A stretch of DNA of 64,000 bases from Botryllus schlosseri (GCA_051294905.1 CM119371.1:3598001-3662000); one strand, 5' to 3'. Positions 39,332 to 51,950 are shown, numbered from the stretch's first letter. Made by a program: numbers and translations. Notes: generated by a model from the sequence alone, not told the origin.

Positions 39332-41087
39332 CAGATATGCGGTAATCGTGATTAGTAATCGTAATCGATTACGACGATTACAGCATTTGAAAATAATCGT
39401 AATCGCAATCGATTACATTCGAAAAAAATCCGAAGTAATTGTAATCGACTACTTCACATATCTAATCGATCTCTTTGTGAAAGAACGATTACTTTTCATT
39501 TGTTCAATGCCCATGACATAAACTGAACATTCGTGAACATTGAAGAGTGCGATTTGAAACAGGTTTTGGATAGCAGAATGTCGGAGGGTCAAACGCCCCT
39601 GCTCATTATTGCGTTACTAGTATTGGCTCTTCATTGCGTAACGAATTATCCGCACATATTCGTTATACATGTGATTGTAAGAAAACCCGTTATGATTATG
39701 TCAGATTATCACTACGCTGCAGACGCCACTACCTTGCAGCAGGATAATAATCACCACTCTGCCTAGTTTCGAATAGTAACGTATGTAGGCCCACTAAGTA
39801 TTGATGTTTTGTTATACTTAGGTGAGCGCAGTTTAACAGTTGATTGGCTAGCGGTAGGCCTATCTACGTTGACACCGGGTAAAGATTTGATATTTTTTAC
39901 TCGTCAAATCGTCATGACAATTTCTACATCGAAGCATTAAAAACCAACGGCTGCTGATAAAAAATCATAACTGAGCCGTTATTATCCATTACTCGTATAC
40001 CGACAGCTCGGAATATCTGTATTAAGTGGATTGTAGGCAGAAATCTATGTTTACCTCATCATATTCTTATCCAGCCCTTGAAATGGGCAACAATTTCTAT
40101 TTCGCAATTTTATACTCAACATCTGGATCTGCTACTGTAGCCACCCGCTTATAAGCGGTTATAAGCGGTACGAATTCTTGCTGCAATCCACGCTTAGCCT
40201 ACACGCCATGTAGGCTAAGCGTGGATTGCAGCAAGAATTCGTACCGAAACAGCATTTCGCCACCCCCTATTCAAAAATGGTGATCTTTGGCCCCCATATA
40301 GGGCGATCAGTAAAACTTCTGGCGGGCGAAGTTCCCCAGACCCTCATTTAACTGCCGGGCTTTTTTCACAAGAACTGGAAAACACGATTTGATGCGATAT
40401 GGATTCGCTGTGTATTTGCTCTCAAGTCGCGCCAATACGAATATTCAGGCACGTAATTTAAAACCATAACCACGTTGTATGTTTTTGATTCATGATATTC
40501 TTTTTGCCATGTAGTAAAAAGATATTGGAGTTGCCTTAACGTAGCAGACGATAAAAAACCTAAACGAAAAACTTTCGTGAGTCGCACCCAGAAATTGTCA
40601 TTTCTACACGGGGTTCATCATTTTCCTCAGTGGGTACCTCGGGTGGCATTTCTATTGTGGTGCTGAGATTGAAAAGACTATTCGTCACGACCATCAAGCG
40701 CGGCTTTGGGCAATGGAAAAATACAAAATGTTTCGGCCAAGGTAGCATGTCTTGTTGAGTCGCGGCGCGGTATTGGACGCCACCGAAATGCCTATTTCTG
40801 TAAATCATGCAATGGTATGTCATATACAGTAAATGACACTATGACATCTTATTTAAAAAGAAAGACCTTCTCTCATGAGCCCTTTTCATCGCATTGTTGT
40901 CTTCCAAAGATAACTTCTAAGAAGCAAAATAAATGTAATCGCGAGTAATCGTGATAACTTTTCCATAGTAATCGTGATCGTAATCGACTACTTGCGGGTT
41001 TTGCTGTAATCGTAATCGTAATTGCATGATATGAAAGTAATCGTAATCGCAATCGATTACATTCATGAAGTAATCACCCCATGTCTG
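39332..41087. mobile_element. hAT-type element with (GTAATC)n subterminal repeats (element B)
   Basis: CAGATATG...CATGTCTG with perfect TSD CTCTGGTG (39324-39331 and 41088-41095). Confidence 0.8.
40166..40246. repeat. Perfect hairpin, 38-bp arms and 5-nt loop
   Basis: CGGTACGAATTCTTGCTGCAATCCACGCTTAGCCTACA-cgcca-TGTAGGCTAAGCGTGGATTGCAGCAAGAATTCGTACCG. Confidence 0.95.
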
Positions 41088-42027
41088 CTCTGGTGATATC
41101 GAATGGTTTTCAGTTATCATATATACTAATTTTCCTCACTTTTAGCAGTTTTTGGCAGACATGTACATTGTACAAACTGAATATTGAGTTAGTTGATGGT
41201 AATTTAACCAACGTTTTTAGAGTAGTTGTAGTTCTGAAGTAGCTGATTTCGTAAATTGAGTAGTAGGATAGTAGTTCTGGTTGCGGATTTTAAAAATTGC
41301 TCTAGCTCTAGTTCGAGTTGCAGATTTCGAATTCTAGTTTCAGACAAACACGTGCGGTCGTTTTAGGTGAATTACGTTGTCGGTGTTATGTTGGATGATG
41401 TTTCTGCACTCTGCAGTGTGCAGCCATTGCTTGCTCAGAGCCATCACTGCTAACAGTTGCGTAGCCAGCGATTGGCTTTTTTGGTGTCGGAATCACTCCC
41501 GTTTCAAACTCGAAACACCGTTATTTTGAAATGTCCATGAAATGTTTGGTATTCCCAATAAAATAACAGTTGATGTGAATATCAGGAGAATTAAATCAAG
41601 ATCTGTACGGTTCTTAACCTTTGAAGACTTGAGAGCCCTACGTCACAGATAGGCAACTATTTTTCTGTGTATGACATGCAGGAAATACGTTGACGAGCTA
41701 AGACAAAAGATTGCACTACATTCTGCGTGCATTAATCTCTAATAATTACCTGGAAAGAGCTCGAATGTGAATCCAGATTATTTCGTAAATCAACATGAAG
41801 TAGGGTGTTTGGGACACATTTTATTTTTCTTCAAAGTTTTCCCTACAATTCCCGCGTATATAGTCCATCTTTGACCCGCGAAACGTAAAACGCCCAGGTC
41901 CGCGCAATGCTTATCGACAGGCGTTCAGGGGACCCTTAATTTTCAGTGAGTTACAAAACAAAACTCTACCACATGTGTCCGTACCATACGTGTGGGAATC
42001 TGTAGGACTACCAGTAAAGATAGTTAG

Positions 42028-45018
42028 TAGGGATGGTGTGAACCTCTGAAAGGTTCAGGTTCGCGTGAACGTGAACCTTTTTGAAAGGTTCTGTGTGAAC
42101 GCGAACGTGAACCTCATGACGTCACGTGACGTCATATTGCTAATTCCGACCCTACATTTCAGTGAAGTGAGCCTATATTAATGTACATTGTACACTATAT
42201 ACCTATAGCGACGACTCGGGCCACATAATGCCACAATGCTAAAGTATATATTGACGTTTTAAACGTCACCGGTTTTATCAACTGGGGCAATCAATTGATA
42301 TAATCACCCCAGAAAGTCAATATCTTCCATCGCTTTGCCAACAATTTCGACAAGAACTTGCAAGGTAATAGATGCTTATATACGCCTTAACGGTCAAGGC
42401 CAGGCAGGAAAATGTATTCGTCGTCCGAGTATTGCTACGTTGATATTGAGCAGAGGTTAACAAGTTATACAGCAGTAGCCAACATCCCAATCGCACGGAT
42501 TTGGCTTTTATGATACAATAAGCATATGAAATTAAGATTGACCCCGTACGCCAGCTACATTTTTTACCTCAGACAACGACATCAATTTCGTTAATTGGTT
42601 GAATAAGCATCATTCGCTGACTATCTACATGTAGTGTAATTCGCTTTTGATATTGTGAGCAGGGCATGGTATGGTATGGAATGGAATGAGAATCTTCCAT
42701 ACTCCATACCCGCCCAATCGTTCCATACCATACTTGACAATTTTCCATACCATAGCAACATTCTTCCATACCATATTTGATACTTTTTCCATACTTTCGC
42801 AACTTGGCCAACCTCTCAAGGGATATTCTATTTTTGACGTGTGGAAATGTTCCAGTGTATTATATTCTAATTATTTTGGATGAGATTATCCATTTATACA
42901 GCCCCGATGCTCCAATGATATCCCCAGTTTCTTTATAGCATATGTCGACAACGCTGTAAAAATGTATATAGGCCTATACACACGGGATTATTTGGAAATC
43001 ACAACAGAGTCTCATGACATGTAAATCTAGTGTGGTAACGTGCTAGCAGTAACCTCATCTACAGAATTGCATAACACAAAGGTATTGTCAAATTATAAGA
43101 TAGGTTCCCAACCTTTATACACTTTAGAATTGAATTTATTTTGTAAAGACTTGCTATTGGCGAAAGTTCAGACCCCCAAAATGGAACAGCACGCAATGAA
43201 ATTAATGAGCAGTGAACTGGTAACCGTACACGCAATGTTGCGCCTCCGTAAAATGGATATGTGAGGTAAGCTGACAGAAAAATAGGAAGGGTTTGAATTT
43301 TTTTCAAATGTGCCAAGGTAGCATCACTTTACATATGTAAATGCCGAATATATTGCATGGGTCTGTTAACTTCTTGGTGTTGACGAACTTTTATGCGTAT
43401 GGTAGATATAAGCCACCATAACCTACACTGTCGCACGCTACTATTACTCGAGTAGTAAGAAATATGTCATTTCCTCAGTAACGAGTCCGGCTATGCTATC
43501 AATTAGCGATTCCACGATCTCCATACACGATCTCTACATATAAACTTTTATTTTAACGAATCAGGTGATTTCAATCACACCATTTCGTATACGAATGAAT
43601 AACAAACTATATGAGGGAGATCGCGTGCCGCTGTCCACTCGATTCTCGCTCATTGGAGGCAGTGATAATACGAATTGCTGAATTGCAAATGAGCGAAGAA
43701 TTATTATAGATATATACGATCGGCATTTCATACAAACGTTTAATAAACGAAGTTAATAATGTAAACTGTAAAGAATATGTTTTCCAAAGTGAGTCTTTTC
43801 CCAACCAGAGGGCCTTAAATTCCCCACAATTGGGGTATATTCTCCACCGGTTGGAGAATATTTCTTTAAATATAATTTTTCATCACTACAATCATTATGC
43901 GACAGCTAATTAAATGTATATTTTCTCCGCCAATCTGTGGGTCGATCACACTCGTTAGCTTTATTAGCCATATCAAGGTGTCCTCTGACCATTATATCAG
44001 AAATAACCAGATTTCATGAAGTTACAATGCGTGTTGTAGGCCGGCATATGGTAACGTCGCTCCAAGACGAGCTACATATTTTTGAATCACAATGATGGTT
44101 ATGTCAAATAGATATTGCGTGATGATCATCCGCGCCAAGCGCAGAAAATTATTTCCAAGTTCAACAAATTGATGAAAATATTCATGTAACTTCTACATTC
44201 TCAGAGTCTACGATTTTAAAACTATACATTGGTCATTTACGTAGTGGGAGTTACGATAAGTGAAATGCACTTGTAACGTGCTCGCCGTCGAATATCATTC
44301 ATTTTTATGATATTTAAATCGGAATAATTATCATTAATATTATTTTCATTCATATGTGCATCGCGAAACTTAGCTGTCTTCAAATAAATGTCGACCGGGA
44401 AGGGTGAGTCGTGAATCACAATTTGAGATATGAACAATGAACATAGACAATGAGCGATTTTCTGCGGTATGCAATCAATTTGACAAATCGAAAGTAGGAT
44501 TATTGTCATGGTACTGGCAAAAATGTAAAAGTATGGAAAAAGTATGGAAGTATGGAAAACACCTTCCATACCATACTTGAGAAATCTCCATACCATACCA
44601 TACTTGCACTCTTCCATATTCCATACCAAAATTTCGTTCCATTCCATACCCTACTTCCATACCATACCATACCATACCATGCCCTGATTGTGAGATTGCG
44701 GGTCAAGCTCACAGCAGAGAGTCACTAAATATTCACAAACGAAAAGCTGGATATTTCGAGCAAACGTTTGTAACAAACCAAGTAAAATTTTTGAGATGGT
44801 CAAGGTGCATGCCATTTTAGTGTTGATTTTTATGCTGCCAACGCCATGTATTGGATGGCCCGTAGTTGAAATACAATAAATTTCAACCAAAGATGATGTG
44901 ATATGAAAAAGGTTCACAGTGCAGAACCTACCGAGGTTCGTTTGTGAACGTGAACCTCTAAATATCAGAGGTTCACACACAGAACGCGAACGTGAACCTC
45001 ACGTTCACACCATCCCTA
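42028..45018. mobile_element. hAT-type element with GTGAAC repeats (element D)
   Basis: TIR TAGGGATGGTGTGAAC...GTTCACACCATCCCTA with perfect TSD ATAGTTAG. Confidence 0.88.
42660..44686. mobile_element. hAT-type element with (TATGG)n repeats, copy 2 (element E)
   Basis: TIR CAGGGCATGGTATGG...CCATACCATGCCCTG with perfect TSD ATTGTGAG. Opposite orientation to 13660-15460. Confidence 0.88.
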
Positions 45019-45648
45019 ATAGTTAGGCTCACTTGTACGAACTACCCATTTATTTAGTTGATAGTCAACTAACTAATAGTTTTTTTAGTAGTTTTAGTTC
45101 TAGTTGACGATTTTAAAAGTTGAGTAGTTTTAGTTCTCGTTGTAGCTGCGGATTGTAAAAACTGACTAGTTGCAGTTCTAGTTGTTTTGGTAAATCTAGT
45201 TATTTTCACATCGTTGCGAGTTTTAAAAAATGAGTAGTTCTATTTCTAGTTGGGCTTTTTTACAACCCAAGAGTTCGTGCAAGTTTGGTTTCTGGTTGCA
45301 TTTTCAAGTACCAGTACCAATAGACGAAATTACAATGGAATGTCGGTCTTGGTCGTCTGAGTCTCGACTCATATGACTTGGTTCTAGTCATGCGCAATAA
45401 CTCGAGTCCAAGTCGACTCAGTACACAGATTGACTCGAGTGTAGTCGAGTCATTTCCATATTTTAGGAAAATGAATCGGGTCAGGTCTAGTCATCAGAAA
45501 TTCGTGACTCGAGTCATTATAACATTGCCCCACATATACACGACCTATGTCAACGATGTGGTGCAGCTGCATCATGGGACATTTGGCGACAATGACCATT
45601 GATTTTATGAAACAGGATGTACTACATAGTACCGGATAAAACACTTAC

Positions 45649-45798
45649 GTTGGTCTTGTGGAATAGCGTCAATTCCTGAATTTATAATGTAGTTGATGGT
45701 GGTCTTGTTTCCGTGAATTTGATCTCCTGCCACAACGTTGACCGAGCTGTTTATGATCCGTTGATTGATGTTTTCGCCTTCTGCCAAACTTGCAGATC
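45649..45798 (-). CDS. Putative NLR exon 2 encoding a RHIM/amyloid-like motif
   Basis: Acceptor gtgtctcag|, donor C|GTAAGT, 150 nt, phase 1-1, compatible with both exon 1 and the NACHT exon. Translation SASLAEGENINQRIINSSVNVVAGDQIHGNKTTINYIINSGIDAIPQDQ. Confidence 0.65.
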
Positions 45799-47053
45799 CT
45801 GAGACACGCGAGAATATTACGTCTGATATTCCGGTTCATATACTCATTTGAAAGCATTTTTAAATCAAGTATCGATCATGGAAACTTCCCATAATTTCTC
45901 CTTAATATTAGGTTATGCAGCGCTCGAATATTAATATTATATTTCAATAATTTAATTATATGCTTTGTGGTACGGAAATTGAATATAGCTTTCAATGTAT
46001 TCATAGTAGTAGAATATTTATTGAACTTGAAGAATTCTAGGGTGCCTCTTTTCGAGAGTTAACGGCACACCAAAAAGATTTTAACAGATTCAAAAGTAAA
46101 CCAAAAAGGCTAAGTATGACAGACCATGAGATTCGCATTGTAACTATGATAACTATATTAAACTTCGAAGTGCAGTAAGGTATGGTTGCTAAAAAATTCG
46201 ACCCTGGGGAATTTTGTATTAAAATGTGTAACCAACCATTAATATGAGATAATTACATAATTATACTACTATGAAGTGATTCGCAGTTCAGGGTATGCGT
46301 AGCTCGCGAGAAATACCGCGGATATTTACGAGGCCGAATTAACATGGTAAATTCGGCCCTCGGAGAATTTTATATTAAATGTATTCCCAACTATTAACAT
46401 GAATTACACAATTATCTTATTACCAAGTGATTTGGAGGTCGCGGTATGCGTAGATCACGCAGTCACGGGCGATAACGCGAATATTTACGGGCCCGAATAC
46501 ATTTTAATAGAAAATTCATTTTTATGCAAAATTCACCGAGGGCCAAATTTACCGAGGGCCGAATTTCCGAGGGCCACTAGTAACCCACGCCCCGAGGTCA
46601 TATAGCTACAGCATAATTTATAAATATACAGTTGCAAACACGAAACAAAATAAACTAAGGAGAATTTAGTGAGTTGTAGACAGAATATTTTTGTCAGCAT
46701 AAATAGGTTTGTCAATTGAATAAGGGTATAGTTCAACACTGTGAATGAAACAAAGATCTGCCTAGCGTAATGACAGTGAATACATTGTCATCAATTATAG
46801 TGTTGTGTGCAGGCTAGATTTTCACTTGAATGTTTAGCAATCGACGAAGCATATGCTTGGAATAATCCTCATAAGAATATGTTTGGGCAGCTAATTTGCA
46901 TTGGCGTGCGAGCTCTACGTGGTCTATTTGCGAATGTTTTATAGCGAATCGATTCTGGATTATGCTGCTTTATACGCTCGAACAATCCGTGCTAACTTTA
47001 ATATGATTTCATAGGATATAGATATGAACTCAAATATTGTAGCAATTACTTAC

Positions 47054-47126
47054 TGCTTCCTTCAGGTAATAATGGTGGAGTCACATCATCGACACCAGAA
47101 ATTCGCTCTTCTCCCCCTTCCGCCAT
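47054..47126 (-). CDS. Putative NLR first coding exon
   Basis: Kozak-like ATC ATG G, then MAEGGEERISGVDDVTPPLLPEGS and donor A|GTAAGT (phase 1). Lies directly downstream of a motif-rich promoter. Confidence 0.6.
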
Positions 47127-47226
47127 GATCACGATCACGTAATGATAAATAAATGCTATAACACACAATACTAAGAATGCAAAGACAGGGAATATCAGTA
47201 GTGAGGGTATCTGGGATATAGACCCG

Positions 47227-47431
47227 CCAATCCCAGAAGGCCACGTCTCCTTAATTGCCACGCCTACATTGCCACATCATGCGCCCACTGCCGCACCTAT
47301 AGCACACCCATTGCCACATCATCAGCATCCATTGCCACATAGCCCGCCAATCAGAGAACGCCACGTCATCCTAATTGCCACGCCTATATGACGCCCATTG
47401 TCACGCCTACAGGATACCCATTGCCACGTCA
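47227..47431 (-). promoter_or_regulatory. ER-stress-type promoter: two ERSE motifs and two UPRE/XBP1 sites
   Basis: CCAAT-cccagaagg-CCACG (47227-47245) and CCAAT-cagagaacg-CCACG (47347-47365), both with N9 spacing. CCACGTCA (reverse complement TGACGTGG) at 47361-47368 and 47424-47431. Further GCCAC repeats lie between them. Confidence 0.7.
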
Positions 47432-48316
47432 CCTGCCACTGCCACATCGTGTGTATTTATGAGCAAATTTCATTGTTTTGTGAATTTCAATACCGGTTTT
47501 CCATGTATATTTAACAATATGTATTGAATAACTTGAAATGTATCATCACTAATTAATTAATATAAAATGTGATTTTAAGCGCTGCGACTTGAAAATATTA
47601 ATATAATAACTTACTTTTTTGGATATAAATAACATTCAGATTACACATAAATTTCGAAAGCTATGATGTTAATAGAATACTATATTTGCCAGATATTCAA
47701 AGATAACACTCATCAACGTTGAACTAGGCGTGGGGTTCTATGATGATGTATTAAAATTCTACACATCATCACTAATTAATTAATTCATATAAAATGCGAT
47801 TTTGAGCGCAGACAGATCGTGGTTTCGATTGCCGAGGTCTCCGCATTTCATGACCTAATATGAACGCACACTACAACTGAATTCATTCCAATACCTGCAA
47901 ATTTACTTTGCATGTCGAGTATAAGGATAATTTAATCAGCGCTAAAACGCCAACGGACTAGCCGTAGGCGCACAATTCTCGGCGTTACAATTAAACAAAC
48001 TTTTCGCGGCAGGTACGCGATTCCTAATGGTTTCTACAGTTTCCACATTTCACGACTTATTTTCTTTGGACGCATACAAGCGATTCCCAAGGCCGGGGCT
48101 ATGGAAACAAATCAAGCATGAGTACGTAAATCTTGAGCCACTCTGAAGCAAGGGCCACTCTAGCCGGGAAATTAGAGTCGCTGCTTCGCATCATTTTTAC
48201 AGGCAGTCTCAGACACTTTGCTGCATCTGAGCTTCATACTAATACATGCATCATTTTTGCATGACGAGAATACGGTCAATAAACGCCGGAGGCGAGTCAT
48301 TTAAACCTTGTTGCTA

Positions 48317-48394
48317 GATACTACCGCTTTCGGCTACAACAAAGTTGACCTGCAACAAAAAATAGAAGCCCTAATGATCATGCAGAGGAAAGTT
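48317..48394. pseudogene. Rearranged Bcl-2-family gene fragment
   Basis: GATACTACCGCTTTCGGCTACAACAAAGTT resembles exon 2 in forward orientation. It abuts CCTGCAACAAAAAATAGAAGCCCTAATGATCATGCAGAGGAAAGTT, which resembles the reverse complement of the intron 3' end. Confidence 0.7.
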
Positions 48395-51240
48395 CAATTA
48401 TACATCGAATTATTTGAATAGACTATCTACATTGTGTAGGTATGAAGTGAAATAGAACGGAGTTTACGCAAAAGTTGCTATTGATCATAGACCAAGCTTG
48501 CTTTCAGAGCTGGAAACTAAATGCATATGAAAATTTAGCTAGGTTTTCCCCACACGCATCAAATGGAGGCCTACTCAAGTGTTTATGAGGTGGCGGATAG
48601 TTCGGAGGTTGTTGGCATGGAAGGACGTCACATAGAATTGTGGAGTTTTCTGTAAACTATAATCCAGTGATCTATTTTCAATCTCTATATTTTTCATTAA
48701 TCTAAACTAAGTACTGTTAGTAGGCAAACCCTAAGAAAGTATCCTCTGATAAAAGCAGGAGTAATTTGTTATCCGTGAAATAAATAGATGGTGCGCAATA
48801 TGAGCGGTGCTGCGATGACTGACAAATACTTTGAATTAATGTATAGAAGTAGCGATTTCGAACTACGTAAAAAGTTAGTCCAGCTCACGCATTTTCCATT
48901 TTGAATTTATGTTCTCAAGTAGGTTTTTGTCTACACGCACCAACAACTCAAGTATTTATGACACAGGAATGATTCATTAAGTATAGCGCAAGCAGGCCAA
49001 ACCTATATTTGAGTGCTCCAAAATGTACAAGTACTTCGCTATGTACTCCCTCCACGTAAAAAGTGACAGATTTAGGGAAAAGTTGCTATAGAACTGCGTT
49101 AGTTTTAAAGTTGTTCCATCATGCAATGTGTGATGAAATTTGGTATGCTGCATAATCACAATGCCCTGGAGCTCATTTAGATACGTTTTTTAATGTAGTT
49201 ACACATTCTAGTTGTTTTGATGTAAGGAAAAAATCATTCGATAACTCGATAGTTAACACGCGTTGATGTAACTTTCCTCATTTGTATGCATAGCATACGC
49301 GAAATTATTATTATGTCATGAATAAGTAGTTTACAAATTCATACGATTTTTCTTGTTGCGCTCCGGGATAAAATGTAATTTTTCGCTCTTTTTTATTTTT
49401 TCAATAAAATTAGTATTCATTTTACAAAAAACGCCGTGTAAAGATAAAGTACTTGTACATTTCGTAGTGCTCAAGTATAAGTTTTCAAACCATTACCTTG
49501 ACAAAATTTTCAGAATAGCAACTTTTGCGTAAAGTCTGTCTTGCATTTAGTTGCCGGCTCTGAAAGCAAGCAAAGTTTGTGGTATTTGCGCAACATCGAA
49601 ATTTGTACACTTCACGCGGGGCCTACGATACTTACGGCCTAATATGGCACATTACACTTGCTGGATATAAGAGGCCGACACTCCCAACCAGACATCACGA
49701 CTGACTCAATGATTGCTTACGATCTCACTTCTCGATACCAGACGCCTCGCCATACAAGTCTAATAAAGTATTATAACAGACAAAATTAGTTCTTTCAGAT
49801 GAAACAACCCAATTAAGAGCCAAGTGACAGCGTCGCAATGTATTTAATCACCAACACACAAGAAGACAATGTAACGAGAATCCCCAACTTGGGCATGTAA
49901 AAGTATTTTACAGTATGGTAAAACGAATTCAAGCACGGGAAAATGAAATTCATTCATTTGGAACTACTCTGAAACACACACGTGGAGCTTGGCCATAGAA
50001 GTTCTGCAAGTGAAATGAATTACTGCAGTAAGCAAACTACGTCTTGCTCAACTGCCGCTTTTTTTAGAGTCCTTCACAGCATCTTTTCTCATATAAACGG
50101 ACAACCGGTTTCAGAGTATACCCGCGTCGATCGCATCGCATCTATATCAACGGTTAACCACATGAAATAACAATATGCTCTTGTATATCGAAATATACAT
50201 GTTTTATAGAATATATTAGATCCAATACCTATACTAAAGCCGCAAAACGCATTGGAGCATAAATGGATAATGCACGCAGATCGAATTACACCGAGATTTC
50301 CCGAATAAAAGTAGCCTAGAAACATAACTACTTACTAAAAAATCGTTGCGTAGAAGTGGGGTTAGTCTACGAACATAACCACTTACTTACTTTGAAATCT
50401 CAACGTGTACTTGTATTCGTACTTTACCTTTACACGGCGTTTTTGTATAATGGATACTAATTTTATTAAAAATAAACAAAAAGCGCGAAAAATTACATTT
50501 TATCCTGGAACGCAGCATGAAAAAATCGTATAAATTTTGTAAAGTAGATAGAAGACTACACTATTCCGATGCACTAAAGACTCTTACACTCTGGATTTTG
50601 TTCGGAATTTACGCAAAACCGCTGTTGCTCTGCGATAATTTTGATCACTATGTTTTGATAATGACTTGCTTCCGAGAAAGAAATAACATTCATTAAACGT
50701 TAGATGATACTTTTCCTTGATATTCTATCATGTATATTTATGACTAATGCGACATCACTATGTGTACGACAGGTCTGATTTGAACACACTAATTTTGCGT
50801 ATCACACCACAAACTGCGCAAGCCTTCAAAGTTGATAAGTAAACAAGTATTTGCACTCCATCAGAATACTAAAGTAGCTTTTCGCGTATATGTACCTAAT
50901 ACTAAAGTGTTTATGATTTCAGATTGCTTCAACTTCATGACATTTTCTGTAAACAGAAATATAGACCTAGAATACTAACTTTTATTCGTAAATAGATACT
51001 TCTACCTTAATTTAATGGATTTATCTGAGATCATTGATTTACTTAATCCCTCCAAAATGTGCATTATACAAGTACGTCACCATCGAAACCCTCTGGCTAT
51101 AACTATCTGGCAGTATAATTGCAGCAAAAACTCGAGTACTAATTTTAAAGTAACTTAGGTAACTAAATACTCGGGTACTAATTTTAAAGTAACTTAGGTA
51201 TCTAAATGAGCTCTGAGTCGCTGTTATCTCGCATCTGACC

Positions 51241-51297
51241 ATGGAGTTAACACCGGTATTACCTTCGCTCACTGATGAAAAAGATGAAAGTTGTTAA
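51241..51297 (+). pseudogene. Truncated 5' fragment of a Bcl-2-family paralog (mirror copy at 57110-57166, minus)
   Basis: MELTPVLPSLTDEKDE then stop, versus MELSRVSAPSITEEKDE of the intact gene. The upstream AGCTCTGA(G/C)TCGCT is also shared. Confidence 0.7.
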
Positions 51298-51867
51298 AGA
51301 AAGCAGATTAGTATGAAAACTCGTTAAATAGAAGTAAAAGTAGCCTAGAAACATAACTACTTACTGAAAAATCGTTACGTAGAAATGGGGTTAGTCTACG
51401 AACATAACCACTTACTTACTTTGAAATCTCAACTTGTACTTGTAGTCGTACTTTACCTTTACACGACGTTTTTGTATAATGGATACTAATTTTATTAAAA
51501 ATAAACAAAAAGCGCGAGAAATTACATTTTATCCCGGAACGCATCAAGAAAAATCATATAAATTTTGTAAAGTAGATAGAAAACTACACTATTCCGATGC
51601 CCGGAAGACTCTTACACTCTGGATTTTGTGCAGTATATACTAATTTTACATTGCGGAGTATTCCATTAACGTTAATCCAGTGATCCTCCATCTATTTTCA
51701 ATCACGATCCTCTTATTTGTCTAGGCTTCGAACCCCACATCCAGTACGTTTTCTGGGGATTAATATTTTCAGAGTCAAGTATAGCGTATCGAGACTTCAT
51801 GAAACTTACTTGGAAATAGTTACTTCTACCCTAATTTAAAAGGTTTCTCAGATATCGTTACAATGGA

Positions 51868-51950
51868 AATGGGTTGAGCGAGCGGTTAAGGCGTTGGACT
51901 TAAGTTTCAATGAACAGGTGTTCACGTGGGTTCGAACCCAACACCCAGTA
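51868..51950 (+). tRNA. tRNA-Leu(TAA)-like, probably degenerate or a pseudogene
   Basis: 83 nt. GAGCGGTTAAGGCG-TTGGA-CT-TAA-GT-TTCAA, paired variable arm, GGTTCGAACCC B-box. Single mismatches in the acceptor and T stems. Confidence 0.75.

Larger units (their letters stand above)
41156..45287. mobile_element. Older hAT-type element with TAGTT(C/G) repeats (element C)
   Basis: Degenerate TIR CAGACATGTAC / GTGCAAGTTTG with TSD GTTTTTGG/GTTTCTGG. It interrupts element A at a site that is contiguous in the 61.7-kb copy. Confidence 0.65.
39153..45524. mobile_element. hAT MITE (GAGTC/AAGTC repeats) split by nested insertions (element A)
   Basis: Three segments (39153-39331, 41096-41155, 45296-45524) are collinear with the intact 487-bp copy at 61724-62210. 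Outer boundaries approximate. Confidence 0.7.
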
